A stretch of DNA of 64,000 nt from Eledone cirrhosa (taxonomy: Eukaryota), in the NCBI GenBank assembly GCA_964016885.1, contig OZ024766.1, forward strand, positions 682,001 to 746,000, written 5' to 3'. The position numbers and the translations under genes were made by a program. The notes below the pieces were generated by a model. The model was not told where the DNA came from. It saw only the letters and a list, made by a program, of their open reading frames with translations, and made no database searches. Of the stretch, positions 1-12,721 are shown in pieces; within the stretch, counting starts at the first letter, position 1; each line of letters opens with the position of its first letter.

Positions 1-88
1 AGCAAAATGCCATTAAAAAAACATGCATTAGTAAGAAACTTATGAAGAATAGAATTCCGTCGTTGGGGGCAGCACTAAAATGTATTTA

Positions 89-639
89 CTCTCAAATCTC
101 AAATAATACCCTCCCACCCACGCTTATTGATTTTTCAGATCTTTCCCATCACCCACTGCCCACCCTTATTAAATTTTACTAATCTATCTCTGATGAAATA
201 TTATTTTAAGTAGCAGCATTCCTGCAACAATTTTCTTTACACATTAAAAAAACATTCTACATAATAAAAAGAAGTACATTACTAGAAATCCCATACGTTA
301 TAAAATAAATAGGATGGGTTGGGGTCTCAAATTGTAAACTAAACGACTAATTCTGGTTTTTAAAGGAATCAACATAGACAACCTAGAAAGGTAACCGATT
401 GCCCCACCCACCTCCTGCTTATTCCCCCCGCATCATCCCTTATTATTTGTGATCTGGGATTACGTTATAAAATATAAAATAAATAGGTTGGGTTGGGGTC
501 TTAATATGTAAACTAAACGACTAATTCTGGTTTTTGAAAAAAAAAATCAATTCAACTGAGACAACCTAAGAAAGGTTACTGATTTGACCCCCCCCCCCCC
601 AGTTATTCCAAACCCACCCTATTATTTCGGACCCGAGAG
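89..639. mobile_element. Tc1/mariner/pogo-type MITE (non-autonomous DNA transposon)
   Basis: Imperfect TIRs CTCTC(N7)AAATAATA ... TATTATTT(N7)GAGAG flanked by TA at 87-88 and 640-641. It carries an internal ~170-bp imperfect duplication (about 294-450 and 460-625) and no ORF. Confidence 0.6.
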
Positions 640-737
640 TATCTTCTTCCATGCTATGACATTTCCTGATTGGGAAGCTGGGTGATCCCCCATCATGGCT
701 CTGTTGCTATGATGATAATGTTGTTGCTTCTAACTTG

Positions 738-804
738 TTACTTTCTTCCTTCCTTGAAATGATGTTTATCCATTTCTGAATCTGTCTGTCTCTTTATATC
801 ACAT
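738..804 (-). other. Possible terminal exon of an unidentified minus-strand transcript
   Basis: Acceptor-like TTTTTCTCATTGCAG followed by non-repetitive sequence reading (x)CDIKRQTDSEMDKHHFKEGRK*. No recognisable homology. Confidence 0.2.
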
Positions 805-924
805 CTGCAATGAGAAAAACATAAATATAAATATATATGGAAAGTGGTCGTGTAGGTGACATGACAAAAAACACCCAGCCCTCACTGACATACATGAATA
901 TTTATATATATATATATATATATG

Positions 925-1282
925 GCCGACCTTACCCAATTACACCTCTCAAAGGCGATGACACACGACCGTGACCTCTGGCGTCACGCAGTAATACAGA
1001 GTACTCGACCTCCCATGGGTACAACAAGCTGAAGCATATAGACAATATGCCCCCACACCCTCCCACTGTAAAGTGGACGTGGAGGCGCCACGGAAAAAAG
1101 CACCCAGCACTCACTGTAAATGAGGTTGGTGTTAGGAAGGGCATCCAGCTGTAGAAATCAAGCCAGAATCAGTTCCTGTATGAGCAAGGCATGGTCAGCC
1201 GACCAGACACTGCCCACAACAGGACAACCCATCTAACCCAAGCTAGCAGGGAAGAACGGACGTAAAACGGTGATGATGATGA
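925..1282 (+). mobile_element. RTE-like LINE family A, 3' end (ORF C-terminus plus 3' UTR)
   Basis: Reads ADLTQLHLSKAMTHDRDLWRHAVIQSTRP...*, homologous to the 4024-4248 peptide. The 3' UTR carries GGTTGGTGTTAGGAAGGGCATCC and ends GGACGTAAAACGG(TGA)n. Confidence 0.75.
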
Positions 1283-1300
1283 TATATATATATATATATA

Positions 1301-2087
1301 TCATCATGATCATCATCATCATTTTACGTCTGCTTTTCCCTGCTTGCAAGGGTGGGACGGGTCCTATTCAGCACAGCATCTCTCCACTTGTCACGGTACT
1401 TCGTCATCTCCACCGTGAGCTTCAGCGATCTGAGGTCAGCTCTCACCACCTCTGTCCATATTTTTCGTGGTCTACCTCTACTGCGTCTTCCTTCGACTTG
1501 GATTTCCTGGCACTTCTTTACCCAGCAGTCATCCTCTATGCACATCACATGTCCATACCATCGCGGTCTTCTCTCCCGCACACTACAGCTTATCCCTCTT
1601 ATACCCAGTTTCTCTCTCAACACATCACATGTCCATACCATCGCGGTCTTCTCTCCCACACACTACAGCTTATCCCTCTTATACCCAGTTTCTCTCTCAA
1701 CACATCACATGTCCATACCATCGCGGTCTTCTCTCCCACACACTACAGCTTATCCCTCTTATACCCAGTTTCTCTCTCAACACATCACATGTCCATACCA
1801 CCTCAGTCTTCTCTCCCACACACTACAGCTTATCCCTCTTATACCCAGTTTCTCTCTCAACTCGTACATGGTTGGTCGTTCACGCACATTTACACTGCAC
1901 ATCCAACGGAGCATGCTTGCTTCATTTCTCTCCAGCCGTCGCATATCCTCTGCAGTTGCTGCCCATGTCTCATTACCATGCAGCATCGCACATCTCACAC
2001 AGGCATCATATAACCGGCCTTTCGTACGCAGGGAGAAACCCTTCTTCGTCAACAGAAGAAGCAGCTCCCTAAACTTCTTCCAGTAGC
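1301..2087 (-). mobile_element. RTE-like LINE family B, 5'-truncated 3' fragment with an internal 80-bp x4 amplification
   Basis: [76 protein letters not shown] then (GAT)n tail. The 80-bp unit starts at 1541, 1621, 1701 and 1781. Confidence 0.85.
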
Positions 2088-2104
2088 ACAAGACAGTAGT
2101 ACAC

Positions 2105-3315
2105 CTCCCCCCCCCACCACCACTACACCACAACCACCATCACTACACCACCACCACCACCACTATCACCACCACTACACCACAACCACCACCACCACCA
2201 CCATCACCACCACCACCACCACCACCACCACCAACACCACTACACCACAACAACCACTACCACCACCACCACCACCACTACACCACAACAACCACCACCA
2301 CCACCACCACCACCACTACACCACAACCACCACCACCACCACCACACCACCACCACACCACCACCACACCACCACCACCACCACCGCCACCACACCACCA
2401 CCACACAACCACCACCACCACCACCACACCACCAACACCACCAACACCACCACTACACCACCACCACAACACTACCACCACCACTACACCACTACCACCA
2501 CCACTACACCACCACCACCACTACACCAACACTACCACCACCACTACACCACTACCACCACCACTACACCACCACCACCACTACACCAACACCACCACTA
2601 CCACCACAACACCACCACCACCACTACCAACACTATCACCACCACTACACCACAACCACCACCACCACCAACACCACTACACCACAACCACCAACACCAA
2701 CACCACCACCATCACCACAACACCACCACCACCACTACACCACCACAACACCACCACCACCACTACACCACCACAACACCACCACCACCACCACCACCAC
2801 CACAACACCACCACCACCACTACACCACCACCACTACACCACCACAACACCACCACCACCACTACACCACCACCACTACACCACCACCACCACCACTACA
2901 CCACCACCACTACACCACCAACACCAACACCACCACCATCACCACAACACCACCACCACCACTACACCACCACCACTACACCACCACCACAACACTACCA
3001 CCACCACTACACCACCACCACCACTACACCACACCACCACCACCACCACTACACTACCACCACTACACCACCACCACCACCACCACCACCACCACCACCA
3101 CCACCACCACCACCACCATAACAATGAATGCTGAAGCACAAGACACCACTACCCCCCTCCCCCTGCAGTAGCTGCTGTGGTGCAGCAGTCTTAACATCAT
3201 TGCCAGCTTGCACTAACTGCAACACTTCTATTGCACCTCCTACCGCCACCACTCCCTCCACCCCCCCTCTCTCTTGATACTACTACTGCTGCTACTACTG
3301 CTGCTGCTGATGCTG

Positions 3316-3350
<35 letters not shown>

Positions 3351-3432
3351 GCTGCTGCTGATGATGCTGCTACTACTACTACTGCTGCTGCTACTGCTGC
3401 TACTACTACTACTACTGCTGCTACTACTGCTG

Positions 3433-3464
<32 letters not shown>

Positions 3465-3537
3465 GCTGCTACTGCTGCTGCTACTACTACTACTACTACT
3501 ACTACTACTGCTACTACTACTGCTGCTACTACTGCTG

Positions 3538-3569
<32 letters not shown>

Positions 3570-3585
3570 GCTGCTACTGCTGCTG

Positions 3586-3617
<32 letters not shown>

Positions 3618-3645
3618 GCTACTACTACTGCTGCTACTACTGCTG

Positions 3646-3680
<35 letters not shown>

Positions 3681-3711
3681 GCTGCTGCTACTGCTGCTGC
3701 TACTACTGCTG

Positions 3712-3743
<32 letters not shown>

Positions 3744-3810
3744 GCTACTGCTACTACTACTACTACTACCACTACTACCACTACTGCTACTACTACTACT
3801 ACTACTACTG
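2105..3810. repeat. (ACC)n and (CTA/CTG)n degenerate trinucleotide microsatellites
   Basis: Direct inspection. A short non-repeat island lies at about 3120-3280. Confidence 0.95.
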
Positions 3811-4023
3811 TATAACATAGCTCCTGTCCCTGTCTAACTGTCCATCCCTCCCCCCACCCCCTTGTCACTGCTGCTGCATACATTAAGTACTATATATAGA
3901 TAGATGTGCTTCTATAAATATATATATATATATACATACATATATATGTATACATACATATATATATGTATATACATGTGTATATATATATATATGTATA
4001 TACATGTGCATATATATATATAT

Positions 4024-4855
4024 AGAAGGCTACGTTGGTATGGTCACGTGATGCGCATGAAAGACGACAGCTGTATAACAAAGTGCAGGGCAATAAAGAT
4101 AGACGGGAGACACGGAGTAGGCAGACCCAGAAAAACCTGGGATGACCTGATAAACTCCGACCTCACACACTTACACCTCTCCAAGACAATGTCACTGGAC
4201 CGAGATCTTTGGCGGCACTCAGTAATAGAGAAGACCCGCCTTACCTAAATACAAAGTAAAACCTACTACAGTCAGTAGGCATCTCTAACAAAATACACCT
4301 CCGTCTCACCACCCCCACCCCATCCACACCGCCCCTTTCAATGTAAAGTTATGTTGGTGCCACAACATCCAGGCCGAAACAAATGAGATCGTGTAGGTGT
4401 CACGACAAAAAACACACAGTCCACGCTGTAATGTGGTCGTGTAGGCAACACGGTAAAAACCTCCCAGCCCCACACTGTAAACGTGGTTGGTGTTAGGAAG
4501 GGCATCCAGCCGTAGAAAACCCGCCAGACAGTCCACGCTGTAATGTGGCCGTGTAGGCAACACGGTAAAAACCTCCCAGTCCCACACTGTAAATGTGGTT
4601 GGTGTTAGGAAGGGCATCCAGCTGTAGAAAACCCGCCAGACAGTCCACACTGTAATGTGGTCGTGTAGGTAACACGGTAAAAACCTCCCAGCCCCACACT
4701 GTAAACGTGGTTGGTGTTAGGAAGGGCATCCAGCCGTAGAAAACCCGCCAGACAGTCCTATGCGAGCAAGACAACCACTCTTGCCTCAAGTGGGAAAACT
4801 CCCGTCCAAACCCATGCAAGCGTGGAAGATGGACGTTAAACGATGATGATGATGA
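4024..4855 (+). mobile_element. RTE-like LINE (family A-related) 3' end with a 112-bp x3 tandem in the 3' UTR
   Basis: [42 protein letters not shown]. The UTR unit starts at 4417, 4529 and 4641, and the copy ends GGACGTTAAAC(GAT)n. A homologous copy lies at 49096-49645 (-). Confidence 0.8.
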
Positions 4856-4954
4856 TATATATATATATATTATATATATATATATAATATATATATATAT
4901 TATATATACATATATATAATATATATATATATTATATATACATACATATATCGT

Positions 4955-5941
4955 GGAGGCACGTGGCCTAGTGGTAAGGGTGTTGGACTTACGATCATAA
5001 TGTCGTGGGTTCGATTCCTCGGTTGTGTGTTGTGTTCTTGAGCAAAACACTTCATTTCAGGTTGCTCCAGTATACTCAGCTGAAAATGAGTACCAGTAAT
5101 AGCTGGGGGTTTAACCCTGTGATGGCCTGGCATCCTGTCCAGGGGGAGTCTTGTACTCTCAGTTGCTTAATATATACTTTATATAACCCTGCAGTGGACT
5201 GGTGTCCTGTCCAGGGGGGAGTCTTGTACTCTCAGTTGCTTAATATATACTTTATATAACCCTGTGATGGACTAGCATCCTGTCCAGGGAGAGTCTTGTG
5301 CTCTCAGTTGCTTAATATATACTTTATATAACCCTGCAGTGGACTGGTGTCCTGTCCAGGGGGGAGTCTTGTACTCTCAGTTGCTTAATATATACTTTAT
5401 ATAACCCTGCAGTGGACTGGCGTCCTGTCCAGGGGGGAGTCTTGTACTCTCAGTTGCTTAATATATACTTTATATAACCCTGCAGTGGACTGGTGTCCTG
5501 TCCAGGAGGAGTCTTGTACTCTCAGTTGCTTAATATATACTTTATATAACCCTGCAGTGGACTGGTGTCCTGTCCAGGGGGGAGTCTTGTAATCTCAGTT
5601 GCTTAATATATACTTTATATAACCCTGCAGTGGACTGGCGTCCTGTCCAGGGGGGAGTCTTGTACTCTCAGTTGCTTAATATATACTTTATATAACCCTG
5701 CAGTGGACTGGTGTCCTGTCCAGGGGGGAGTCTTGTACTCTCAGTTGCTTAATATATACTTTATATAACCCTGCAGTGGACTGGCGTCCTGTCCAGGGGG
5801 AGTCTTGTACTCTCAGTTGCTTAATATATACTTTATATAACCTTGCAGTGGACTGGTGTCCTGTCCAGGGGGGAGTCTTGTACTCTCAGTTGCTTCATGC
5901 CATGAAACCGGGATAAGCACCGACCAAATGAGCCTTCTGGC
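4955..5941 (+). mobile_element. tRNA-derived SINE (CORE/Meta-type body) with an internal 72-73-bp x11 array
   Basis: A box TGGCCTAGTGG, B box GGTTCGATTCC, then TTCTTGAGCAAAACACTT and the array AACCCTG..GGACTGG..CCTGTCCAGGGGG (5113-5896). It ends GAAACCGGGATAAGC. Confidence 0.8.
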
Positions 5942-5945
5942 TTAA

Positions 5946-6117
5946 CCCTTTGGCATTTAAACCAGCCATATCCGGCCTCAATTCTCTCACCTTTTTCTGT
6001 TCAAACTGACCCCAACCGACCCCCTCATACTGACTTTAAGGTATTGTTCTCAAAATAAATTCTATCAAAATCTCATAGATTCAATGTTATAAAGTATATA
6101 AAGAGTAATGTAAAGGG
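5946..6117 (+). mobile_element. piggyBac-type MITE
   Basis: TTAA|CCCTTT ... AAAGGG|TTAG termini. Internal homology to 18249-18959 and 20210-21281. Confidence 0.7.
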
Positions 6118-6141
6118 TTAGGACAGACTTTATATATATAT

Positions 6142-6480
6142 GGAGGCACATGGCATAGTGGTTAGAGCATTGGCCTTGCAATCGAAAGGTTGTGAGTTCA
6201 ATTCTCAGACCGGGTGATGTGTTGTTTCCTTGAGCAAGATACTTTATTTCACATTGCTCCAGTTTACTCAGCTGTAGAAATGAGATGATAAGGACTGGGG
6301 TCCCTATCATTCCACTGCAAAGTGGTCGTGGAGGTGCCACGACAAAAAAGCACCCAGCACTCACTGTAAATGAGGTTGGTGTTAGGAAGGGCATCCAGCT
6401 GTAGAGATCAAGCCAGAATCAGTTCCTGTCCCACCCTTGCAAGCAGGGAAAAGCGGACGTAAAATGAAATGATGATGATG
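6142..6480 (+). mobile_element. tRNA-headed SINE family S1 (CORE-like body, RTE-derived tail)
   Basis: Head GGAGGCACATGGCATAGTGGTTAGAGC..GAGTTCAATTC, then CCTTGAGCAAGA, a tail shared with LINE A and B, and (GAT)n. Near-identical copies occur elsewhere in the window. Confidence 0.85.
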
Positions 6481-6606
6481 AAATGATAATATGTATATAA
6501 AAACCTGTAGAGCAAATATTTATCAAAATAACAGATTAAAGTTTAAGCAAAGAATCGCTGCTTTCACCCATTTAAAGGATACTCTGAAACTGATAAAAAT
6601 CAATCT

Positions 6607-7127
6607 CTGAGATGAAGTACAGTCAACTCAGTGGAAAGCCCTTTGTCTCTATGACCAATGAAGGCGACCCTGAGATGAAGTACAGTCCACTCCTCTGTGA
6701 AAAGCCCTTTATCTCTATGACCAAAGAAGGCGACCCTGAGATGAAGTACAGTCCACTCCTCTTTGAAAAGCCCTCTGTCTCTATGACCAAAGAAGGCGAC
6801 CCTGAGATAAAGTACAGTCCACTCCTCTTTGAAAAGCCCTTTATCTCTATGACCAAAGAAGGCGACCCTGAGGTGAAGTACAGTCCACTCCTCTGAGAAA
6901 AGCCCTTTATCTCTATGACCAAAGAAGATGACCCTGAGATGAAGTACAGTCCACTCCTCTGAGAAAAGCCCTTTGTCTCTATGACCAATGAAGGCGACCC
7001 TGAGATAAAGTACAGTCCACTCCTCTGTGAAAAGCCCTCTGTCTCTATGACCAATGAAGGCGACCCTGAGATAAAGTACAGTCCACTCCTCTGTGAAAAG
7101 CCCTCTGTCTCTATGACCAAAGAAGAC
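6607..7127. repeat. 66-bp minisatellite, ~8 copies
   Basis: Unit GACCCTGAGATGAAGTACAGTCCACTCCTCTGTGAAAAGCCC...AAGAAGGC. Confidence 0.95.
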
Positions 7128-7217
7128 ATGACAGTGTCACAGCTCAGTCAAGAGCATCCTCATCGGTTCTTTTCAACATCCGTGCTATTGTGCAGACATT
7201 AGATAATGGTAATATAT

Positions 7218-7353
7218 AATTGTTTCTACTTTTGGCACAAGGCCAGAAGTTAACCCAGTGTATTACTGGTACTTTATTTTATCGACCCCGTAAGGATGAA
7301 AGGCAAAGTTAACCTCGGCGGGATTTGAACTCAGACCATAGAGGGCTGTAACT
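7218..7353 (-). mobile_element. SINE family S2 fragment
   Basis: Reverse complement of GAGTTCAAATCCCGCCGAGGTTAACTTTGCCTTTCATCCTTACGGGGTCGATAAAATAAAGTACCAG. Confidence 0.75.
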
Positions 7354-7356
7354 CTT

Positions 7357-9350
7357 GATGACACAGGATCAAGTTGACTGGTGACACGTCATTATAACCT
7401 TACAAAGAAGATGACACAGGATCAAGTTGACTGGTGACACGTCATTATAACCTTACAAAGAAGATGACACAGGATCAAGTTGACTGGTGACATGTCAATA
7501 ACCTCACAAATGAGATGACACAGGATCAAGTTGACTGGTGACATGTCAATAACCTCACAAATGAGATGACACAGGATCAAGTTGACTGGTGACATGTCAA
7601 TAACCTTACAAAGAAGATGACACAGGATCAAGTTGACTGATGACATGTCAATAACCTTACAAAGAAGATGACACAGGATCAAGTTGACTGATGACATGTC
7701 AATAACCTCACAAATGAGATGACACAGGATCAAGTTGACTGGTGACATATCAATAACCTTACAAAGAAGATGACACAGGATCAAGTTGACTGATGACATG
7801 TCAATAACCTTACAAAGAAGATGACACAGGATCAAGTTGACTGATGACATGTCAATAACCTTACAAAGAAGATGACACAGGATCAAGTTGACTGGTGACA
7901 TATCAATAACCTCACAAAGAAGATGACACAGGATCAAGTTGACTGGTGACATGTCAATAACCTTACAAAGAAGATGACACAGGATCAAGTTGACTGGTGG
8001 CATGTCATTATAACCTTACAAAGAAGATGACACAGGATCAAGTTGACTGGTGACATGTCAATAACCTCACAAATGAGATGACACAGGATCAAGTTGACTG
8101 GTGACATATCAATAACCTTACAAAGAAGATGACACAGGATCAAGTTGACTGATGACATGTCAATAACCTTACAAAGAAGATGACACAGGATCAAGTTGAC
8201 TGGTGACATGTCAATAACCTTACAAAGAAGATGACACAGGATCAAGTTGACTGGTGGCATGTCATTATAACCTTACAAAGAAGATGACACAGGATCAAGT
8301 TGACTGGTGACATGTCAATAACCTCACAAATGAGATGACACAGGATCAAGTTGACTGGTGACATATCAATAACCTTACAAAGAAGATGATACAGGATCAA
8401 GTTGACTGATGACATGTCAATAACCTTACAAAGAAGATGACACAGGATCAAGTTGACTGGTGACATGTCAATAACCTTACAAAGAAGATGACACAGGATC
8501 AAGTTGACTGGTGACATGTCAATAACCTCACAAATGAGATGACACAGGATCAAGTTGACTGGTGACATATCAATAACCTTACAAAGAAGATGACACAGGA
8601 TCAAGTTGACTGGTGACATGTCAATAACCTCACAAATGAGATGACACAGGATCAAGTTGACTGGTGACATATCAATAACCTTACAAAGAAGATGACACAG
8701 GATCAAGTTGACTGGTGACATGTCAATAACCTTACAAAGAAGATGACACAGGATCAAGTTGACTGGTGACATGTCAATAACCTTACAAAGAAGATGACAC
8801 AGGATCAGGTTGACCGGTGACATGTCAATAACCTTACAAAGAAGATGACACAGGATCAAGTTGACTGATGACATGTCAATAACCTTACAAAGAAGATGAC
8901 ACAGGATCAAGTTGACTGGTGACATGTCAATAACCTTACAAAGAAGATGACACAGGATCAAGTTCACTGGTGACATGTCAATAACCTTACAAAGAAGATG
9001 ACACAGGATCAAGTTGACTGATGACATGTCAATAACCTTACAAAGAAGATGACACAGGATCAAGTTGACTGGTGACATGTCAATAACCTTACAAATAAGA
9101 TGACACAGGATCAAGTTGACTGGTGGCATGTCATTATAACCTTACAAAGAAGATGACACAGGATCAAGTTGACTGGTGACATGTCATTATAACCTTACAA
9201 AGAAGATGACACAGGATCAACTTGACTGGTGATGTTGAATATAACCCCACAAAGAAGATGACACAGGATCAACTTGACTGTTGATTTTGAATATAACCTC
9301 ACAAAGGAGATGACACAGGATCATGTTGACTGGTGATATGTCATAGTAAC
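7357..9350. repeat. 51-bp minisatellite, ~39 copies
   Basis: Unit GATGACACAGGATCAAGTTGACTGGTGACATGTCAATAACCTTACAAAGAA, with some 52-bp variants. Confidence 0.97.
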
Positions 9351-9606
9351 CTTGAACACATCCCTTGCTAACCCTCGCAAAGGATGATGCAGTATGGTTC
9401 TTTTTTGTTCCTTTCACCATATTGTAGTTGCTATCTTCAATTTGTTCTAACTCTTATCATGAATCTTCGGTAAAAACTGAAAGAATTTGATTGTGAATAC
9501 AAGTGGCAGGAATGGGGTTCTTTTAAAGGGTCTTTGGAATAACATTACTTGATAGTGTGTAGCTCGGAGATCAGAGAGTCATTCCAGGTAGAGCAGCTAC
9601 TTTTCC

Positions 9607-10580
9607 GAATTGAGAGATCACAGCTCTGATACTACAGACATGGGGTTAGAATGTCTCAGGGAAGAATCTCTGGATTAAGAGATCACAGCTCTGATACTAC
9701 AGACATGTGGTTAGAATGTCTCAGGAAAGAATCTCTGGATTGAGAGATCACAGCTCTGATACTACAGACATGTGGTTAGAATGTCTCAGGAAAGCATCTC
9801 TGAATTGAGAGAACACAGCTCTGATACTACAGACATGTGGTTAGAATGTCTCAGGAAAGAATCTCTGAATTGAGAGATCACAGCTCTGATACTACAGACA
9901 TATGGTTAGATTGTCTCAGAAAAGAATCTCTGAATTGAGAGATCACAGCTCTGATACTACAGACATGTGGTTAGAATGTCTCAGGAAAGAATCTCTGGAT
10001 TGAGAGATCACAGCTCTGATACTACAGACATGTGGTTAGAATGTCTCAGGAAAGCATCTCTGAATTGAGAGATCACAGCTCTGATACTACAGACATGTGG
10101 TTAGAATGTCTCAGGAAAGAATCTCTGAATTGAGAGATCACAGCTCTGATACTACAGACATGTGGTTAGAATGTCTGAGGAAAGAATCTCTGGATTGAGA
10201 GATCCCAGCTCTGATACTACAGACATGTGGTTAGAATGTCTCAGGAAAGAATCTCTGAATTGAGAGATCACAGCTCTGATACTACAGACATGTGATTAGA
10301 ATGTCTGAGGAAAGAATCTCTGGATTGAGAGATCCCAGCTCTGATACTACAGACATGTGGTTAGAATGTCTGAGGAAAGAATCTCTGAATTTGGAGATCA
10401 CAGCTCTGATACTACAGACATGTGGTTAGAATGTCTCAGGAAAGAATCTCTGAATTGAGAGATCACAACTCTGATACTACAGACATGTGGTTAGAATGTC
10501 TGAGGAAAGAATCTCTGAATTTGGAGATCACAGCTCTGATACTACAGACATGTGGTTAGAATGTCTCAGGAAAGAATCAC
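9607..10580. repeat. 65-bp minisatellite, ~15 copies
   Basis: Unit GAATTGAGAGATCACAGCTCTGATACTACAGACATGTGGTTAGAATGTCTCAGGAAAGAATCTCT. Confidence 0.97.
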
Positions 10581-10595
10581 TGGACAGATTTTACA

Positions 10596-10860
10596 AAACT
10601 GTGATGGACTGGTATCCTGTGCAGGGGGAAGTCTTGTACTCTCAGTCGTTTAACATCACAGAAACCAGGATAAGCACCAGCCTGGCAAACCTCCCGGCTC
10701 GAGACAGGCTTTAACTTAACATTATAGATATACTTTACATAACCCCGTGATGGACTGGTATCCTGTCCAGGGGGAAGTCTTGCACTCTCAGTCACTTCAA
10801 AATATGGAAACTGGGACAAGCACTGAGGCTCTAGGCCTTATGAGCCTCTGGGCTTTGGAC
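10596..10860 (+). mobile_element. Two 3' fragments of the 4955-type SINE
   Basis: GTGATGGACTGGTATCCTGT..CAGGGGGAAGTCTTG..GAAAC..GGA(T/C)AAGCAC occurs twice. Confidence 0.65.
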
Positions 10861-10863
10861 AAA

Positions 10864-11365
10864 CTTTATAGTATTATAGTAAAGACTTTAATATTTAATG
10901 TGATGTTGTCATAGTGTTGTTTTGTACTAAATGTTTATAGTATCTTTACTGGTGGACAGATTGTTGTGAATATTTACAGTATTACAGTCAAGACTTTAAT
11001 ATTTAATGTGATGTAGTCATAGTGTTGTTTTGTACTAAATGTTTATAGTATCTTTACTGGTGGACAGATTGTTGTGTATATTTACAGTATTACAGTCAAG
11101 ACTTTAATATTTAATGTGATGTAGTCATAGTGTTGTTTTGTACTAAATGTTTATAGTATCTTTACTGGTGGACAGATTGTTGTGTATATTTACAGTATTA
11201 CAGTCAAGACTTTAATATTTAATGTGATGTAGTCATAGTGTTGTTTTGTACTTTAAATAATACCTTGCTAATGTGGTTCCATGTGGTTTGTTAAATCAAA
11301 TGTTTATAGTATCTTTACTGATGGACAGATTGTTGTGAAAATGTATAGTATTATAATAAAGACTC
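10864..11365. repeat. ~108-bp tandem repeat, ~4 copies
   Basis: AGACTTTAATATTTAATGTGATG recurs at about 10882, 10991, 11099 and 11207. Confidence 0.9.
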
Positions 11366-11376
11366 TATTCTTCCTA

Positions 11377-11545
11377 GTTCCTCTGCCCTTTGACGGGTTT
11401 TGCTTTTCATCCCACAGGGTGCCCCCCCCCCCCCCCCTCACCAAGCAAGCTTGGTGGCGTTGCTGGTTTAGTCACTGATGACCCAACCATGTACAGGTTG
11501 TACTGGGTTACAAGTTACCAGTAGTGCTGAAGAGTGATCTGACAT
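11377..11545 (-). mobile_element. Diverged 5' segment of the bipartite RTE-derived family N
   Basis: Aligns by eye with 13150-13320 (CTACTGGTAAC..CCAGTACAACCTGT..GACTAAAC..CAAC). Confidence 0.6.
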
Positions 11546-11559
11546 ATGTACATACATAC

Positions 11560-12103
11560 ATGGTGGCTGCCAACTCGTTTTCGAGTACGGCCACTACTTT
11601 ATATCCATGTAGGAGAACCCCTACCGATGCGCTGAACGAGTGTGACTTTTTAGTCCAGCCAGCGACTTGAACACACTGGTACAAACACTACACTTGTGAC
11701 AATTATTGACACATAGTGCTGGGCCCATGGTACCATGTGACGACAAGTGCAGAGAGATCTCCATATATAAAGCAATGCCTGTGCCGTGAAGCTTTTATAG
11801 TGAGCAAAGGCACTGCACAAAGCCAGTCCCACTCTCTTAACCAAGATGATATTTACCAAAAAGAAGAACAAGTCAACATCATTGGATACCATCAGGGTTA
11901 CAGATGTTATATCAGAGTTTTCCTTCTTCTAGAATTCTGCCTTGACAAAGGCTAAGGGGTCATCTCTCCCGGTGATTTTGGATGGCCATTGACTCTTAAG
12001 AGGTCCTTTGCCCTTTGACAGGTTTTGTTTTTAGTCCTGCAGGATGTCCAAAGTCACCCTCCTCACCAAGAAACCTTGGTGGGGTTGCCAGTTTAGTCGC
12101 CAA
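11560..12103 (-). mobile_element. Non-autonomous bipartite RTE derivative, family N, copy 1
   Basis: The 3' part encodes HKCSVCTSVFKSLAGLKSHTRSAHR* (11621-11698), similar to the last finger of the 30172 RTE. Tail GGCCGTACTCGAAAACGAGTTGGCAGCCACC. Flanked by (TACA)n. Confidence 0.75.
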
Positions 12104-12139
12104 TACATACATACATACATACATACATACATACATACA

Positions 12140-12173
<34 letters not shown>

Positions 12174-12212
12174 CATGCATGCATGCATGCATTCATTCAT
12201 ACTTACATAATA

Positions 12213-12606
12213 TGAAAGAGTACTGATGGATGTTCCAGTAAAAACCCCAATAAAATGCAGGCATAACAGACCAGATATAATGATATGGGACAGGAAAAAG
12301 AAGGCATGCTCAGAAGTGGAAGTTAGCTGCCCAGCAGATGCCAATATAATATTAAAGATTAGCGAAAAGGAGAATATTTATGCAGAACTAATAATAAATC
12401 TGCAGATACTCCACCCTGACTATACCTGCAGATTTATACCTGTGATTATTGGGGCACTGGGGTATGTTAGTAACTGCCTCAATACAAATCTTGAGAAGCT
12501 GGGCTTCACAGGAACAGAAAGAACACAACTAGTTAGGAAATTACAAGTACAATCCATTAATGGAACAGTAGAAATATGTAAAACATTCCTAAAATTCCGC
12601 ATCTAA
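12213..12606 (+). mobile_element. Non-LTR retrotransposon fragment: C-terminal restriction-like endonuclease (R4/Dong/NeSL-type)
   Basis: HNRPDIMIWD..EVEVSCPADANI..KISEKENIY..IPVIIGALG carries the PD-(D/E) RLE signature. 5'-truncated. Confidence 0.8.
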
Positions 12607-12721
12607 TAACTGCATATATACACATGTACAGATAAAAAAAAAACCACGTGCACACATACAACTCAAAACATACACATCCTCACATACAATAACATCCATA
12701 TCTACACATGCATGCATACAT

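Noticed and set aside
2278-3883. Poly-V/S/L/T ORFs, similar at 25247-28685 and 41144-42517
   Set aside because: Trinucleotide microsatellites open in most frames, with no splice or domain context.
6142-6215. tRNA-like heads (also 4955, 19661, 40917, 53505)
   Set aside because: They continue into SINE bodies and lack a proper acceptor stem, so they are not tRNA genes.
6612-9129. Repeat-protein ORFs from the 66-bp and 51-bp arrays
   Set aside because: Unit lengths divisible by three, with sporadic stops and frameshifts. These are minisatellites.
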